A stretch of 48,774 nt of DNA from Bdellovibrionota bacterium. Its GTDB lineage: Bacteria; Bdellovibrionota_C; UBA2361; JBGSMV01. Every line of letters starts with the position of its first letter. Position 1 is the first letter of the stretch. The stretch is taken from contig JBGSMV010000074.1 in assembly GCA_041739995.1 (NCBI GenBank), forward strand, positions 1 through 48,774, in the 5' to 3' direction. This document shows, in pieces, positions 10,117-19,624 of this stretch. The notes under the pieces were generated by a model. That model was not told where the DNA came from. It saw only the letters and a program-made list of their open reading frames with translations, and did not search any database. Both the position numbers and the translations under genes were made by a program.

Positions 10117-10767
10117 ATGCATACGATCTCTAAGGCATTTCCCCCAGCGCTGGCACGATTTGTGTTGTTGGCCTCGCTTCTTGCATGCCAAGGCTGTTTT
10201 CGGTCAGTTCGATTAAGCAACGATTCGGTGCGCCGCAGCGTGTCGAACTGCGAAAGTCTTGTTCTCTCGGTCCCACAGACGCCAGAAGAACTTTACCATA
10301 AGGGGTTGTGCCTTAAGGCTTCAGCAGACCATGCAGAAAGTCTGCAAGCCTGTGCCCTCCTCCAGCAAGCCACCTATTGCGGCATTACTGAAGCGCGAGA
10401 CGCGCTTTCTGAGATGCCCGAGTGTCCTAAGTCGGAAAAGGCGGGACTGTCCTCCATCAATGATATCGACTCATCTACTTTCCAACCGCTCGGACGCGAT
10501 TGCCTTAAGAAGTATTGTGGTATCGCGACTGAGCTCACCACGACCGGTCATATACTTCGACCAGTCGGAGTTGCTGCTGTTCTACCCGTCTTTCTCGTCT
10601 TTGGGTCCATTGCTTGCGTTTTTCCGCTTCAGAATTGCCCGCTGGTGGATCTCTACGAGCACGGCTTGTCGGGGCCGCCTGAAGTTTGTGATGGAATTGT
10701 TTCGCCGTCAGGGCCACAGCCCATAGAATTAGGATCCGATACAGCGACCGCGTTGCTGGCCCCGTGA
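10117..10767 (+). CDS. Putative Cys-rich lipoprotein with one Sel1-like repeat
   Basis: GGAG SD before ATG 10117, hydrophobic signal ending LLACQGC, and LYHKGLCL..ACALLQQATYCGITEARDAL resembling Sel1. The start is uncertain (ORF track gives 10066). Confidence 0.55.
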   Translation: MHTISKAFPPALARFVLLASLLACQGCFRSVRLSNDSVRRSVSNCESLVLSVPQTPEELYHKGLCLKASADHAESLQACALLQQATYCGITEARDALSEMPECPKSEKAGLSSINDIDSSTFQPLGRDCLKKYCGIATELTTTGHILRPVGVAAVLPVFLVFGSIACVFPLQNCPLVDLYEHGLSGPPEVCDGIVSPSGPQPIELGSDTATALLAP

Positions 10768-10816
10768 AGAACGTTGCTGGCCCCGTGAAGAACACTGAGA
10801 AGAACGCTGAGAAGAA
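10751..10816 (+). repeat. Compound tandem duplication: 21-bp x2 then 12-bp x2
   Basis: CGTTGCTGGCCCCGTGAAGAA twice (10751-10792), then C(A/G)CTGAGAAGAA twice (10793-10816). Confidence 0.9.
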
Positions 10817-11146
10817 CGCTGGCAAGGCTTAGTCCTTTTGACATTGAGGAGAGGTGGTTCCTCCGCCTTTAGTAACGGCTCAAGCAGTGCCTCACGATAT
10901 CACTGCGCTAGTGTAATTACTGTGCTGCCCTCGCCTGTTAACTCTCCACTGGAACCACGACAAGACGAAATCAACTTTCGCAAGTCCCAAATCTTGGAAT
11001 TGATTCGTAAATTAGTCCCTTTTTCCTATGCGTCGGCCTTGACTCTTAGGTATGCTTGCGACGACGATGACGGAGTTCTCACAATGAAGACCTCGTCAGA
11101 CCTCATTCGATCGCGAGGCCTGATAACTTAATAAAGGTAAACATAA

Positions 11147-11641
11147 ATGAAAAGAAACATACTTATCGTTGCCGCGGCTGCTACATTTCTCCTCCCTTCT
11201 CTGGCTCTCGCCTCTGATAACGTCGGTGGATGCGGATGGGGATCGAAACTGTTCGACGGTCAGAAAGGTGTTCCTCCACAAGTTCTTGCTGCGACCACCA
11301 ACGGAAGTTCGGGAAACCAAACCTTCGGCATCTCCTCGGGAACTTCAGGCTGTACTCAGAACGGAGTAGTAAATTCCGAATGGAAGACAGCGGCATTTAT
11401 CGATGCCAACATGAACCGCCTTGCACTCGACATGTCCCGCGGTCAAGGTGAAAGCCTAAACTCGCTCGGCAGCCTGATCGGAGTCTCTCCGGCTGATCAA
11501 GTTGCTTTCAACTCAACATTGCAGAGCAACTTCACCCAAGTATTTTCAAGCTCCACCACTTCGTCAACCGACGTGGCGGCTGGATTGAAGAATGTTTTAG
11601 CGGCAGACGAACAGCTCGCTAAGTATTCGGCTAACGTGTAA
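11147..11641 (+). CDS. DUF3015 family secreted protein
   Basis: Signal peptide; GCGWG..ATTNG..NQTFGISSGTSGC and DMSRGQGESL signature motifs. Confidence 0.9.
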   Translation: MKRNILIVAAAATFLLPSLALASDNVGGCGWGSKLFDGQKGVPPQVLAATTNGSSGNQTFGISSGTSGCTQNGVVNSEWKTAAFIDANMNRLALDMSRGQGESLNSLGSLIGVSPADQVAFNSTLQSNFTQVFSSSTTSSTDVAAGLKNVLAADEQLAKYSANV

Positions 11642-11649
11642 CGACCTCG

Positions 11650-11716
11650 ACGGGCGCAAGCTCGTTTGATGTCCTGCACATAACGGGGTGGGTCTGGATC
11701 TTGGACCCGCCCCGTT
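11650..11716 (+). terminator. Two stem-loops after the DUF3015 gene (terminator/attenuator or mRNA stabiliser)
   Basis: ACGGGC-GCAA-GCTCGT followed by TT, and AACGGGGTGGGTC..GACCCGCCCCGTT (11682-11716) followed by a T-rich tract. Confidence 0.6.
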
Positions 11717-11734
11717 TATCATTTTGAAACTCTG

Positions 11735-13678
11735 TTGACTTGCTTTTTTCTCCGTCCATTCTCCCGCTTCCTGCATTGCTTGCTTCTGACGCTTGCTGCG
11801 GCATTCTTTGCCCCGTCGTCAGGATTTGCCGATGAGACGGCGCTAGAAAAGATCTTTCAAGCAAACGATCTTAAACTGATGTCAGATACGCCAGAATGGA
11901 GGGCGCTTCTTCATTGTCTCCCTTTGCGGGGCGAGACCTGCAAAAGCCGTGTGGCAAGTTCAAGCTTTTTTTTGGCGCCGAATGGAGCTAGCAACCCTGC
12001 AGCAGAACTTGAAGCAACCATCGAAAGCTTTTTCGAAGCCGTGACTCTCGGAGCGCCTGAGCTTCCCACGCGCTGCCGCTATCCTGCACGCTTTGAATGG
12101 ATAGTGGGCCAGTTGGCACTGGGCTCGCCCGCACTCCCCAATCCCCCCTGTCCCACTTTGGAGGGTTGGATGGAGGCAGTGAATCCGGAGGCAGTTACAC
12201 TTATCTTCCCATCTTCGTTCATCAACAATCCAGCATCGGCATTCGGCCATACTCTGCTCAGAATTGATCAACCGGGGCAAACCGAAGAATCCCGATTACT
12301 TGCGTATACGGCAAACTTCGCTGCCGAAACCCAAGGCGAAGCGTCACTGCTCTATGCATTTAAAGGTGTCTTTGGCGGCTATGACGGATTTTTTTCGGTT
12401 GCACCCTATTACGACAAAGTCACCCAATACAGCGACCTAGAGAATCGAGATATCTGGGAATATCCGCTGGACCTTACACAGGCGGAGGTGCGCCGTCTCG
12501 TGCTTCATGTATGGGAACTTAAAGAGGTGCCCTTTTACTATTACTATTTCGATGAGAACTGCTCTTACCAACTGCTCTCACTTCTGGAAGTGGCACGACC
12601 CAGCCTGGAGCTCAGCAAAGAACTGAATTTATGGGTTATCCCCGTCGATACTATCCGGGCACTACAAGAACGCGATGGCTTGATAAAGGGCGCGGTGTTT
12701 CGCCCATCCCTTGCCACAAAATTACGCCATATAATTTCTACTTCCCCAGACTCTATAAACCTGTTGGCAAAATCACTGGCAGACACAAATGAGGAGCTAG
12801 ACGAGACCACACTGTCTGAGCTGCCATTAGAACAGAAAGCGCAAGCACTCGATGTCGCCTACGATATGCTGACGTATACGCGCATCCTTGAACGAAGCGA
12901 TGACGAAAAAGCTCGAGAACGTGCTTGGAAATTGCTCTCTATGCGCAGCAGCTTGGCACGCCGAAGTTCCCCCACTCTACCAGTCCCAAGCACTCGTCCT
13001 GAGGCGGCTCATGGCACTATGAAATTTACTGCTGGTGCGGGGTTTGAGGACCGAGACTACTTTTCAACGCTGGGATTTCGCGGCGCTTTCCACGACCAGC
13101 TCGACCCGATTGCCGGTTACCTTCCAGGCGCGCAAATTAAATTTCTCGATTTGGATTTACGCTATGACAACGAAAAACAACTGAACGTGGACCGCTTCAC
13201 GTTCTTTGACATTGAATCCTTGAGTGCCCGTGATGCGTTTTTTCGTCCCTTGTCATGGAATGTAAGTCTGGGCAGCGAGCGTGAACATATCTCTAAGCAT
13301 ACCTGGGCACAGGTTTGGTCTTTGCAAGCAGGCGGAGGAGTCTCGGGCGAACTTCGCAGCAACGGCTTGATTTACGGCCTGATGGGAAGCGAATTGCAGG
13401 CAAGCTCAGCTCTCGACTCCGGGGCTGCTCTCGGTTTTGGCCCACGTATTGGTTTTGTTACGCCTCTTTCCGATTCATGGGCCATTGAAGGAAGAACGCT
13501 TTTCGAATACTTCGTTGCAGGCGACGAACACACCAAGTTTCAATCCAGCTTGACCCAACGAGTTTCCCTTAGTTCAAAATTTGCTCTACGAATCGGAGTT
13601 CATAATATTCGTAACCTCGGCAACACCTCTAACCGCATAATGATTGAACTCGAATATTTTGCGTTACCTGTATGGTAA
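11735..13678 (+). CDS. DUF4105 (Lnb N-terminal-like) domain protein with probable C-terminal beta-barrel
   Basis: CRYPAR, SAFGHTLLRI, ENRDIWEY and YYFDENCSYQLL motifs. Amphipathic beta-strand pattern in the last ~220 aa; signal peptide. Confidence 0.85.
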   Translation: MTCFFLRPFSRFLHCLLLTLAAAFFAPSSGFADETALEKIFQANDLKLMSDTPEWRALLHCLPLRGETCKSRVASSSFFLAPNGASNPAAELEATIESFFEAVTLGAPELPTRCRYPARFEWIVGQLALGSPALPNPPCPTLEGWMEAVNPEAVTLIFPSSFINNPASAFGHTLLRIDQPGQTEESRLLAYTANFAAETQGEASLLYAFKGVFGGYDGFFSVAPYYDKVTQYSDLENRDIWEYPLDLTQAEVRRLVLHVWELKEVPFYYYYFDENCSYQLLSLLEVARPSLELSKELNLWVIPVDTIRALQERDGLIKGAVFRPSLATKLRHIISTSPDSINLLAKSLADTNEELDETTLSELPLEQKAQALDVAYDMLTYTRILERSDDEKARERAWKLLSMRSSLARRSSPTLPVPSTRPEAAHGTMKFTAGAGFEDRDYFSTLGFRGAFHDQLDPIAGYLPGAQIKFLDLDLRYDNEKQLNVDRFTFFDIESLSARDAFFRPLSWNVSLGSEREHISKHTWAQVWSLQAGGGVSGELRSNGLIYGLMGSELQASSALDSGAALGFGPRIGFVTPLSDSWAIEGRTLFEYFVAGDEHTKFQSSLTQRVSLSSKFALRIGVHNIRNLGNTSNRIMIELEYFALPVW

Positions 13679-14547
13679 ACTTCTTATGGTCTCACCTTTC
13701 CCGCACCGTGTTACTTATGGGCGTGCTCTCCTTCGCGGGCTGTACTGGGCTGTTTTTCTATCCCAGTCGCACGCTGATTCGCATTCCGTCGGACGTTGGA
13801 GTGGCATTCGAACGAGTGGGGCTCAAAACTCCAAGCGAGCCAACGCTCGTGGGATGGTTCTTACCTGCAAATGGTCCGCCGCGCGGCACGATTCTATTTC
13901 TGCATGGCAACGCTGAGAACATCAGCACGCACTTAGCGGCGGTTCACTGGCTGCCTGCCGAGGGCTACCAAGTATTTCTGTTTGACTATCAAGGGTACGG
14001 AGAATCCGAAGGCAGCGCCACGGTGGAGCATTTGTATGCTGACACTGCGCGCGCAATTTCTTATTTGAATTCGCGGCCTGATGTTATCGACCAGCGACTA
14101 TTTCTGCTCGGACAAAGTTTAGGCGCCTCACTGGCACTTTATGTCGCCGCACAGCCTGAATTTGCAACGACTTTCCGTGCCGTAGTGGCTGAAAGTCCCT
14201 TCGCTGGATATCGAGATATTGCACGCGAGAAGCTTTCCAGCGTTTGGCTAGGATTCCCGCTTCAGTGGCCGCTTGGATTTTTAGTTGACGATACATTTAG
14301 TCCGAACCGAGTCATGCACAAAATTCAAGTTCCTGTACTGCTGCTGCATGGGACTCGTGACAGGATAGTGCCACCGCGCCATTCTGCTGAACTCTGTGAG
14401 CAACTAAAAACCCTCTGCGAGCGCTGGGTCGTTGAGGGAGCAGAACATGGGCAGATTCTTTCGCTGCTGGAATACCGGCGGCGCCTGGTGCAGTTTCTCG
14501 ATACTACCGGCACTGATAGCGACGCCTTACCGACGAGAAGTGAATAG
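13672..14547 (+). CDS. Alpha/beta hydrolase lipoprotein (ABHD13/YfhR-like)
   Basis: Lipobox FAGC; HGNAEN, DYQGYGES, GQSLG, HGTRD and GAEH motifs. Overlaps the DUF4105 stop codon. Confidence 0.88.
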   Translation: MVNFLWSHLSRTVLLMGVLSFAGCTGLFFYPSRTLIRIPSDVGVAFERVGLKTPSEPTLVGWFLPANGPPRGTILFLHGNAENISTHLAAVHWLPAEGYQVFLFDYQGYGESEGSATVEHLYADTARAISYLNSRPDVIDQRLFLLGQSLGASLALYVAAQPEFATTFRAVVAESPFAGYRDIAREKLSSVWLGFPLQWPLGFLVDDTFSPNRVMHKIQVPVLLLHGTRDRIVPPRHSAELCEQLKTLCERWVVEGAEHGQILSLLEYRRRLVQFLDTTGTDSDALPTRSE

Positions 14548-14660
14548 CGAGACGGTTGCAGCCTCGTGCGCAGCGTCGGGCTCGCCGCAATCCAAGGTGA
14601 TCAGATAAACGCCACGACGAGAGCTTTATATTAAATTCTCCCAGATATAGATTTAAGCCT

Positions 14661-15374
14661 ATGTCAAAGCGCCGCCACGAAGAAGCACGACTCGGCCCAC
14701 CAGGTGGTCGGGTAATGTGCTATGCCTGCGTGCGACCTCAGTCGCACTGCGTGTGCAACCTCGTCGAACCATTTCGAGCACATTGTGACATTTTGATCCT
14801 GCAACATCCGGCCGAACGACGTAAATACTACTCAACGTCAAAGCTCGTCACGCGGGCGATTGCGAATTCAAAACTTCTTCGCGGCATTATCTTTGATGAG
14901 GCAACGCTGGTGTCCAGCTTTGCGGGGCGGAAGGCGTACCTCTTGTACCCCGGCCCTGGTGCAATGGACTGCACGGAGTTACCGCTTGATAACAATAGCG
15001 TGATCGTAGCAATCGATGGAACTTGGTCTGAAGCAGGGAAGATCGTGCACCGTAATCCGTTATTGCTGGATCTTCCGCGCGTCTCCTTCTCTGCGCCGAT
15101 ACTGTCAACCTATCGCATTCGTAAGCAGCCGCGCGCTCATTGCCTCAGCACGCTGGAGTCGATCGGACATCTTCTTAAACTAAGTGCCAGTGCCATGGGG
15201 CAACCTGACTTGTGCGATATTTATAATTCTCTTTTTCACGGATTTGACCAAATGGTCGAGCGACAACTGTCATATTGGCCCCAGCGTTCCCCTGTCCTCG
15301 GTATCATGGAGGCAAGTGAAGGTGCGGCAATAGAGCAGATGGCTCCGTCTAGCCCAGAGGTCCCGACAATCTGA
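14661..15374 (+). CDS. DTW-domain tRNA-uridine aminocarboxypropyltransferase (TapT/YfiP-like)
   Basis: N-terminal CxxC..CxC, LQHPAE, IDGTW, YRIRKQP and LSTLE motifs. Confidence 0.9.
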   Translation: MSKRRHEEARLGPPGGRVMCYACVRPQSHCVCNLVEPFRAHCDILILQHPAERRKYYSTSKLVTRAIANSKLLRGIIFDEATLVSSFAGRKAYLLYPGPGAMDCTELPLDNNSVIVAIDGTWSEAGKIVHRNPLLLDLPRVSFSAPILSTYRIRKQPRAHCLSTLESIGHLLKLSASAMGQPDLCDIYNSLFHGFDQMVERQLSYWPQRSPVLGIMEASEGAAIEQMAPSSPEVPTI

Positions 15375-15395
15375 CGAAGAATGTTGGAGGGTGCA

Positions 15396-15812
15396 TCACT
15401 CATCCAGTCCCGGCCGCTTGCGTCCAGTCTTTGTATTTTTTCGACGAGCTTTGTGTTCTAGCATTTTTAGTTTTGTTTTACGGGCACGTCTCGCCTTCTG
15501 GCGTCTCACTTTCGCACGCGCGGAATCTTGCTCAAGCACTCGACCGCGCAGCTTTTCTTCCATGCGATCGCACAGCTCTCGTCTCGCATAGAATCGATTT
15601 AATGTTTGAGAGCGTTCGCGCTCACAGCGGACCTCTAGGCCTGAGGGGCGATGTCGCAGCACTACACACGAACTTGTTTTATTGCGCTTTTGTCCCCCGC
15701 TCCCACTACCGCGCACGAAACGTTCCTCAAGATCTGATTCGGCAATTCCAAGCGACTCCATTCTATTGAGTAATGCTTGGGCAGTTTCTGGGCGAACGTT
15801 AAAGAGAGACAC
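15396..15812 (-). CDS. Stand-alone GGQ peptidyl-tRNA hydrolase (release-factor-like, ribosome rescue)
   Basis: FVRGSGSGGQKRNKT, RSQTLNR and a long Lys/Arg-rich C-terminal tail; no codon-recognition domain. Confidence 0.9.
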   Translation of the reverse strand: MSLFNVRPETAQALLNRMESLGIAESDLEERFVRGSGSGGQKRNKTSSCVVLRHRPSGLEVRCERERSQTLNRFYARRELCDRMEEKLRGRVLEQDSARAKVRRQKARRARKTKLKMLEHKARRKNTKTGRKRPGLDE

Positions 15813-16080
15813 AATGAGGACAGTACCAATACTTGTTATCCTACGCAGGCACTATTCTTTACGACTCGACCAGTCAGGGGGCGCTTGGCGAATACCACTC
15901 TTCCGAGAAGCGTTCCTTACGTATAGCCGTTGTACAGGCTAGCCAGGCGAAAATCCGTTGACATTAGTTACCTAATGGTCCTACATGCTGCACAAGTGAA
16001 GACTTTTTTCGACTGGCACGGAATATTCCGCCCCTGAGGCTTAATACACTGTGAGTCAGTCCATTAATGGAGATTGAGCC

Positions 16081-17571
16081 ATGCGAGTGTCCCGAACCCC
16101 GCTGCTTCCTGGCCCGCACACATTCACTGACCTTCGCGCCATTACTGGTGCATTTCTTCTCGCCTTCCTGGTGGGCTGTTTTCTGGTTGCTTGTAACGGG
16201 AGCAGTAGCAACAGCTTCTTCGCGCGTGCGTTAATCGGCCCCGAGGGCGGAATGCTGGTAAGTGGGGACGGAATGCTCACTCTCGAGGTTCCCGCAGGTG
16301 CAATCAGCGACCCGACGGAGATCTCTGTGACTCGTGAGTCAAGCGATGCACCGGGCTTATTGCTGTATGAGTTCGCTCCAGCGGGCCTGAACTTTCAAGT
16401 TCCTGCACGCATGACTGTTGACGTAAGTAGTATCATGAGCGACTCGAGCGCTGAAGATCTTACCTTTGGGAAACTTCCCAGTATTATCACTACCGCCTCA
16501 GATGGCGAGGGAGTGGAAGTCCTTGGGGACTTGACGCTGTTGGCAGACTCTGAATCGAACTCGTTCTTTCTTGGCGGAAATGTAAGTCATTTTTCACGAT
16601 TTGCCGTAGGTGGGAATACCAACGCCACGGTAGGGATCGAGGGGGTTCCGGAATTCTGGCCTGCGAATACAGCCTTTGGACCAGTGCAGGTGATGGTCTC
16701 TAGTGGTGCAGCCGCAGGGTTCGGTGAAAGGCTGTCGACCATCGACTACATTGATAGCAGCGTCGCGCCCGTCTTTGTCGGTGGCAATAGTTTCAGATCA
16801 TTATTCCCTTTACCAGGCAGCAATGAGACTAAGACCTACTCAATTCCCTACCGCTGCGGCCCTCCTGGAGTGGGACTCTACCGCGTGAATCTTACCTTTA
16901 CTGCTAACATGCTCCAACTGGTCACTGAGTATACTCCTCAAGAAGTTAACATTGCTTCTGCATTTCTGTTTGGAGCTGCCGGGCCTGTTCTTGAAGGGGG
17001 AGAATCGAGGACTCGCTATGCACCGAAATATACTACTTATCTGCTAAGAGGGTCGAGAGAAGTAAATTGTGGCGGTTCGGCCCCGGTTGATCCGACGCCT
17101 GAGGCTACTCCTCCAGGGGGCGAGCTACCTCCGTCAGAGCCAACTCTCTCTCCTGATCCCACTATTGTAGTGACACCTGAACCGACTGTGGGAGGCTCTG
17201 TTCCGCCGACTCCAACTCCTGCGGCGCCCACTGAAGATCCGCCCACTATTTCTACGGGAACCTCTCAGGTGAGCATAAGTCACACCGTCGGGGAGACCGA
17301 GTGCCCGACCAATGCTTCGCCCATATTGGTGAACACCGGTGCTTCCAATCCGTTGGCGATAACCATTTCAGAAAACCTCCCTTTTCTGAATGTGAGTCCA
17401 TCATCCGCGAATACTTCTGGAGGACAAGCGCAGTTTGTGCCCTCCTTCCCCTGCAGTGGATTTCAGATTGGTGCGAATACGGGGACTATCTCTATTTCTG
17501 CAGTGGACACGGTGAGTGGGCTTAGTTCCAACACATTGCAAATTCCGGTAAGCGTAACTGTACAGCAATAA
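16081..17571 (+). CDS. Lipoprotein with ZU5-like domain, Pro/Thr-rich linker and C-terminal Ig/BACON-like domain
   Basis: Lipobox LVAC; IGPEGG..LEVPAGA..YEFAPAGLNF..VSHFS; Pro-rich segment; beta-rich C-terminus. Confidence 0.7.
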   Translation: MRVSRTPLLPGPHTFTDLRAITGAFLLAFLVGCFLVACNGSSSNSFFARALIGPEGGMLVSGDGMLTLEVPAGAISDPTEISVTRESSDAPGLLLYEFAPAGLNFQVPARMTVDVSSIMSDSSAEDLTFGKLPSIITTASDGEGVEVLGDLTLLADSESNSFFLGGNVSHFSRFAVGGNTNATVGIEGVPEFWPANTAFGPVQVMVSSGAAAGFGERLSTIDYIDSSVAPVFVGGNSFRSLFPLPGSNETKTYSIPYRCGPPGVGLYRVNLTFTANMLQLVTEYTPQEVNIASAFLFGAAGPVLEGGESRTRYAPKYTTYLLRGSREVNCGGSAPVDPTPEATPPGGELPPSEPTLSPDPTIVVTPEPTVGGSVPPTPTPAAPTEDPPTISTGTSQVSISHTVGETECPTNASPILVNTGASNPLAITISENLPFLNVSPSSANTSGGQAQFVPSFPCSGFQIGANTGTISISAVDTVSGLSSNTLQIPVSVTVQQ

Positions 17572-17631
17572 GCTGTGTAGTATGCGTTCGCCTGGAGTGC
17601 ATCTTGGTATCTGTGCTGCGCTTGGCGCTTA

Positions 17632-18417
17632 TTAACAACAGCCATCACCTGAAGCCGAAACTTCGGTTTGGCCAGTATCTAAGCAAAGGCGCCGTGTAAA
17701 GAGACGCAGCACCAACTGCCAGCACACCGCAGTCAGTTCCGGATCATATCGATGGCCTTCGTCCCTAATAAAAGCATGTTGGGCGTTGAACTCGTGCCAG
17801 GTAAAATTTGTACTTGCCTCAGTGAGCGCTCGATAAATCAGGGCGCGCCCTTCTTGAGGAATGTGTGGATCTTGTTTTCCCCAAATCATCAGCAACTCGC
17901 CCTTGATATCTGAGATACGCGCAAGAGAGTTGTCGTTTTGGCCCTTCGCAAGACTTCGCTTGTGAATGTCAGTGGCGTAGAAGCATGCCGCGGCCTGGAT
18001 ATCTGAATTCATGGCAGCCCGAAACGCGAGATGCCCCCCGATGCAAATTCCGATAGTGCCGATAGTGCCAGAGCAGGCCGGATGATTCTTAAGAAAAGAA
18101 ATTCCAACTTGAGCATCTTCATCATAGCTTTCAAGCGTTTTGCTGATCTTGTCGGAATTTCCCTTGTCAGTCCCGGCCTTGTCGTAAGCGAGAACAGTTC
18201 CAATCGGATTTAGCTCATGGAAAATCTCCGGAACGGCGACCACGAACCCATGTCCCGCAAGAAACATCGCGGCTCGTTGTATGGGTGCGGTGTGCTGAAA
18301 AATCTCTGAGTAGAAGAGCACGCCTGGAAATTTTCCTTGAGCTTGAGGTCTGTATAGGTAAGTGCGCATTGGGCCGTTTGCGGTGTTCAGGTCTTGGTAT
18401 TCGCTTTGAATAATCAT
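17632..18417 (-). CDS. Dienelactone hydrolase family protein
   Basis: YSEIF, GICIGG nucleophile Cys, QDPH and HAF triad motifs. Confidence 0.92.
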   Translation of the reverse strand: MIIQSEYQDLNTANGPMRTYLYRPQAQGKFPGVLFYSEIFQHTAPIQRAAMFLAGHGFVVAVPEIFHELNPIGTVLAYDKAGTDKGNSDKISKTLESYDEDAQVGISFLKNHPACSGTIGTIGICIGGHLAFRAAMNSDIQAAACFYATDIHKRSLAKGQNDNSLARISDIKGELLMIWGKQDPHIPQEGRALIYRALTEASTNFTWHEFNAQHAFIRDEGHRYDPELTAVCWQLVLRLFTRRLCLDTGQTEVSASGDGCC

Positions 18418-18524
18418 GAACGTGCCTTCGCAAGACAGGCGGTAGCAATTCTCTTAACAGAAGATAGCTGCTCGACGCCTTAAATTAGAAACTCGATACG
18501 CTTAAGAATCTGTAAGCCGAAGTG

Positions 18525-19415
18525 TCAGTGCATGATGTAGCGCAACTGAAATCCCTGCCCGGTCGCGTTCAGCCATACGCTTGAGACCGACTCAAACAAC
18601 TGCTTGAACTCTGAGAAGCGGTCATCGGCATAAAACAGTTTAGGCTCCTCGTCCTCATCCAAGGGCGTGCCAAGCAGTTCAAAAACAGAACGTGCCGCGT
18701 CGTACACGCTGCCATGCTCATCAACAAGTTTGATTTCCTTTGCGGTAGATCCAAGAATAATTCTTCCGTCCGCAAAGCGTTTCACTTTTTCCCGAGGGAT
18801 ATTTCTAGAAACCGACACGGCAGTCACAAAATCTTCGTAGGCTTCAGCGACCGTGCTCTGCAAGAACACTCGCTCTTCCTCGGTCATGGCGCGAAATGAA
18901 TTTCCTACATCCTTAAGAGCGCCACTTTTGATGGTTACCATCTGGACACCGACGGTGTCGGCGATTTTACTGAAGTTTGGAATTTGAAGAATGACACCAA
19001 TTGAGCCCGTAATTGTTCCAGGCTGCGCATAAATCTTTGATGCGCCGAGAGCCGCGTACAGACCGCCTGAAGCCGCAACAGAGCTCATTGCCACCACAAT
19101 CGGCTTCTTTGCCTTTAAGCGCTTCACTTCGGTGTAGATGTCCTGCGAGGGGCCGACCGCGCCACCAGGCGAGTCAATCGCGAGCACAATGCCTTTAACT
19201 TTTGGATTAGCAGCCTGCTTATGAAGCTTTTCGATAATGTCTCGAGAAGATTCTATGGCGCCATTGAGTTCAATAACGGCGACAGTATTCCCTGAGGTTG
19301 GTTGAGACTCCCCGCTCCCCACCGCGGCCATGATGCCACCCAGCATGGCCGGAACCACCAAGACTAAAACCACGACCGTCAAAACTTTGAGCAGCCAGAC
19401 AAAATATTCTCTCAT
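18525..19415 (-). CDS. sppA: Signal peptide peptidase SppA (S49, 36K type)
   Basis: N-terminal TM; IDSPGG, AASGGLY, TGSIGV, KSGALKD and ADGR motifs. Confidence 0.93.
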   Translation of the reverse strand: MREYFVWLLKVLTVVVLVLVVPAMLGGIMAAVGSGESQPTSGNTVAVIELNGAIESSRDIIEKLHKQAANPKVKGIVLAIDSPGGAVGPSQDIYTEVKRLKAKKPIVVAMSSVAASGGLYAALGASKIYAQPGTITGSIGVILQIPNFSKIADTVGVQMVTIKSGALKDVGNSFRAMTEEERVFLQSTVAEAYEDFVTAVSVSRNIPREKVKRFADGRIILGSTAKEIKLVDEHGSVYDAARSVFELLGTPLDEDEEPKLFYADDRFSEFKQLFESVSSVWLNATGQGFQLRYIMH

Positions 19416-19572
19416 AATGCATCCTTTGTTGCTGCGAGATACTAGCCGTTCCTAAACCTTCTCAACAATCAACCAATCTTACGCTCGCTGCTTTGGCAGC
19501 GTAGGAACTCGGAGCAAGGCGACACAAGCCACTAAACCTTATAATTGCAAGTGGTTAGGTGAATAAAGGTGC

Positions 19573-19600
19573 TCAACTAGGCAGTGAGAAATGCCGATAT
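19573..19600 (+). promoter_or_regulatory. Putative sigma28 (FliA) promoter
   Basis: TCAAC-N15-GCCGATAT, 24 nt upstream of the FliK-like GTG start. Confidence 0.6.
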
Positions 19601-19624
19601 TAAAGGCAAAGGAGCTTCTGCCCC

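Noticed and set aside
10751..10816. Repeats considered as a CRISPR array
   Set aside because: The copies are directly adjacent with no spacers, and there are no cas genes.
10838..11131. 97-aa ORF upstream of DUF3015
   Set aside because: Weak start, no motif, and it probably spans the DUF3015 promoter region.
16014..16030. TGGCACG as a sigma54 -24 element
   Set aside because: No TTGC/TGC at the -12 position.
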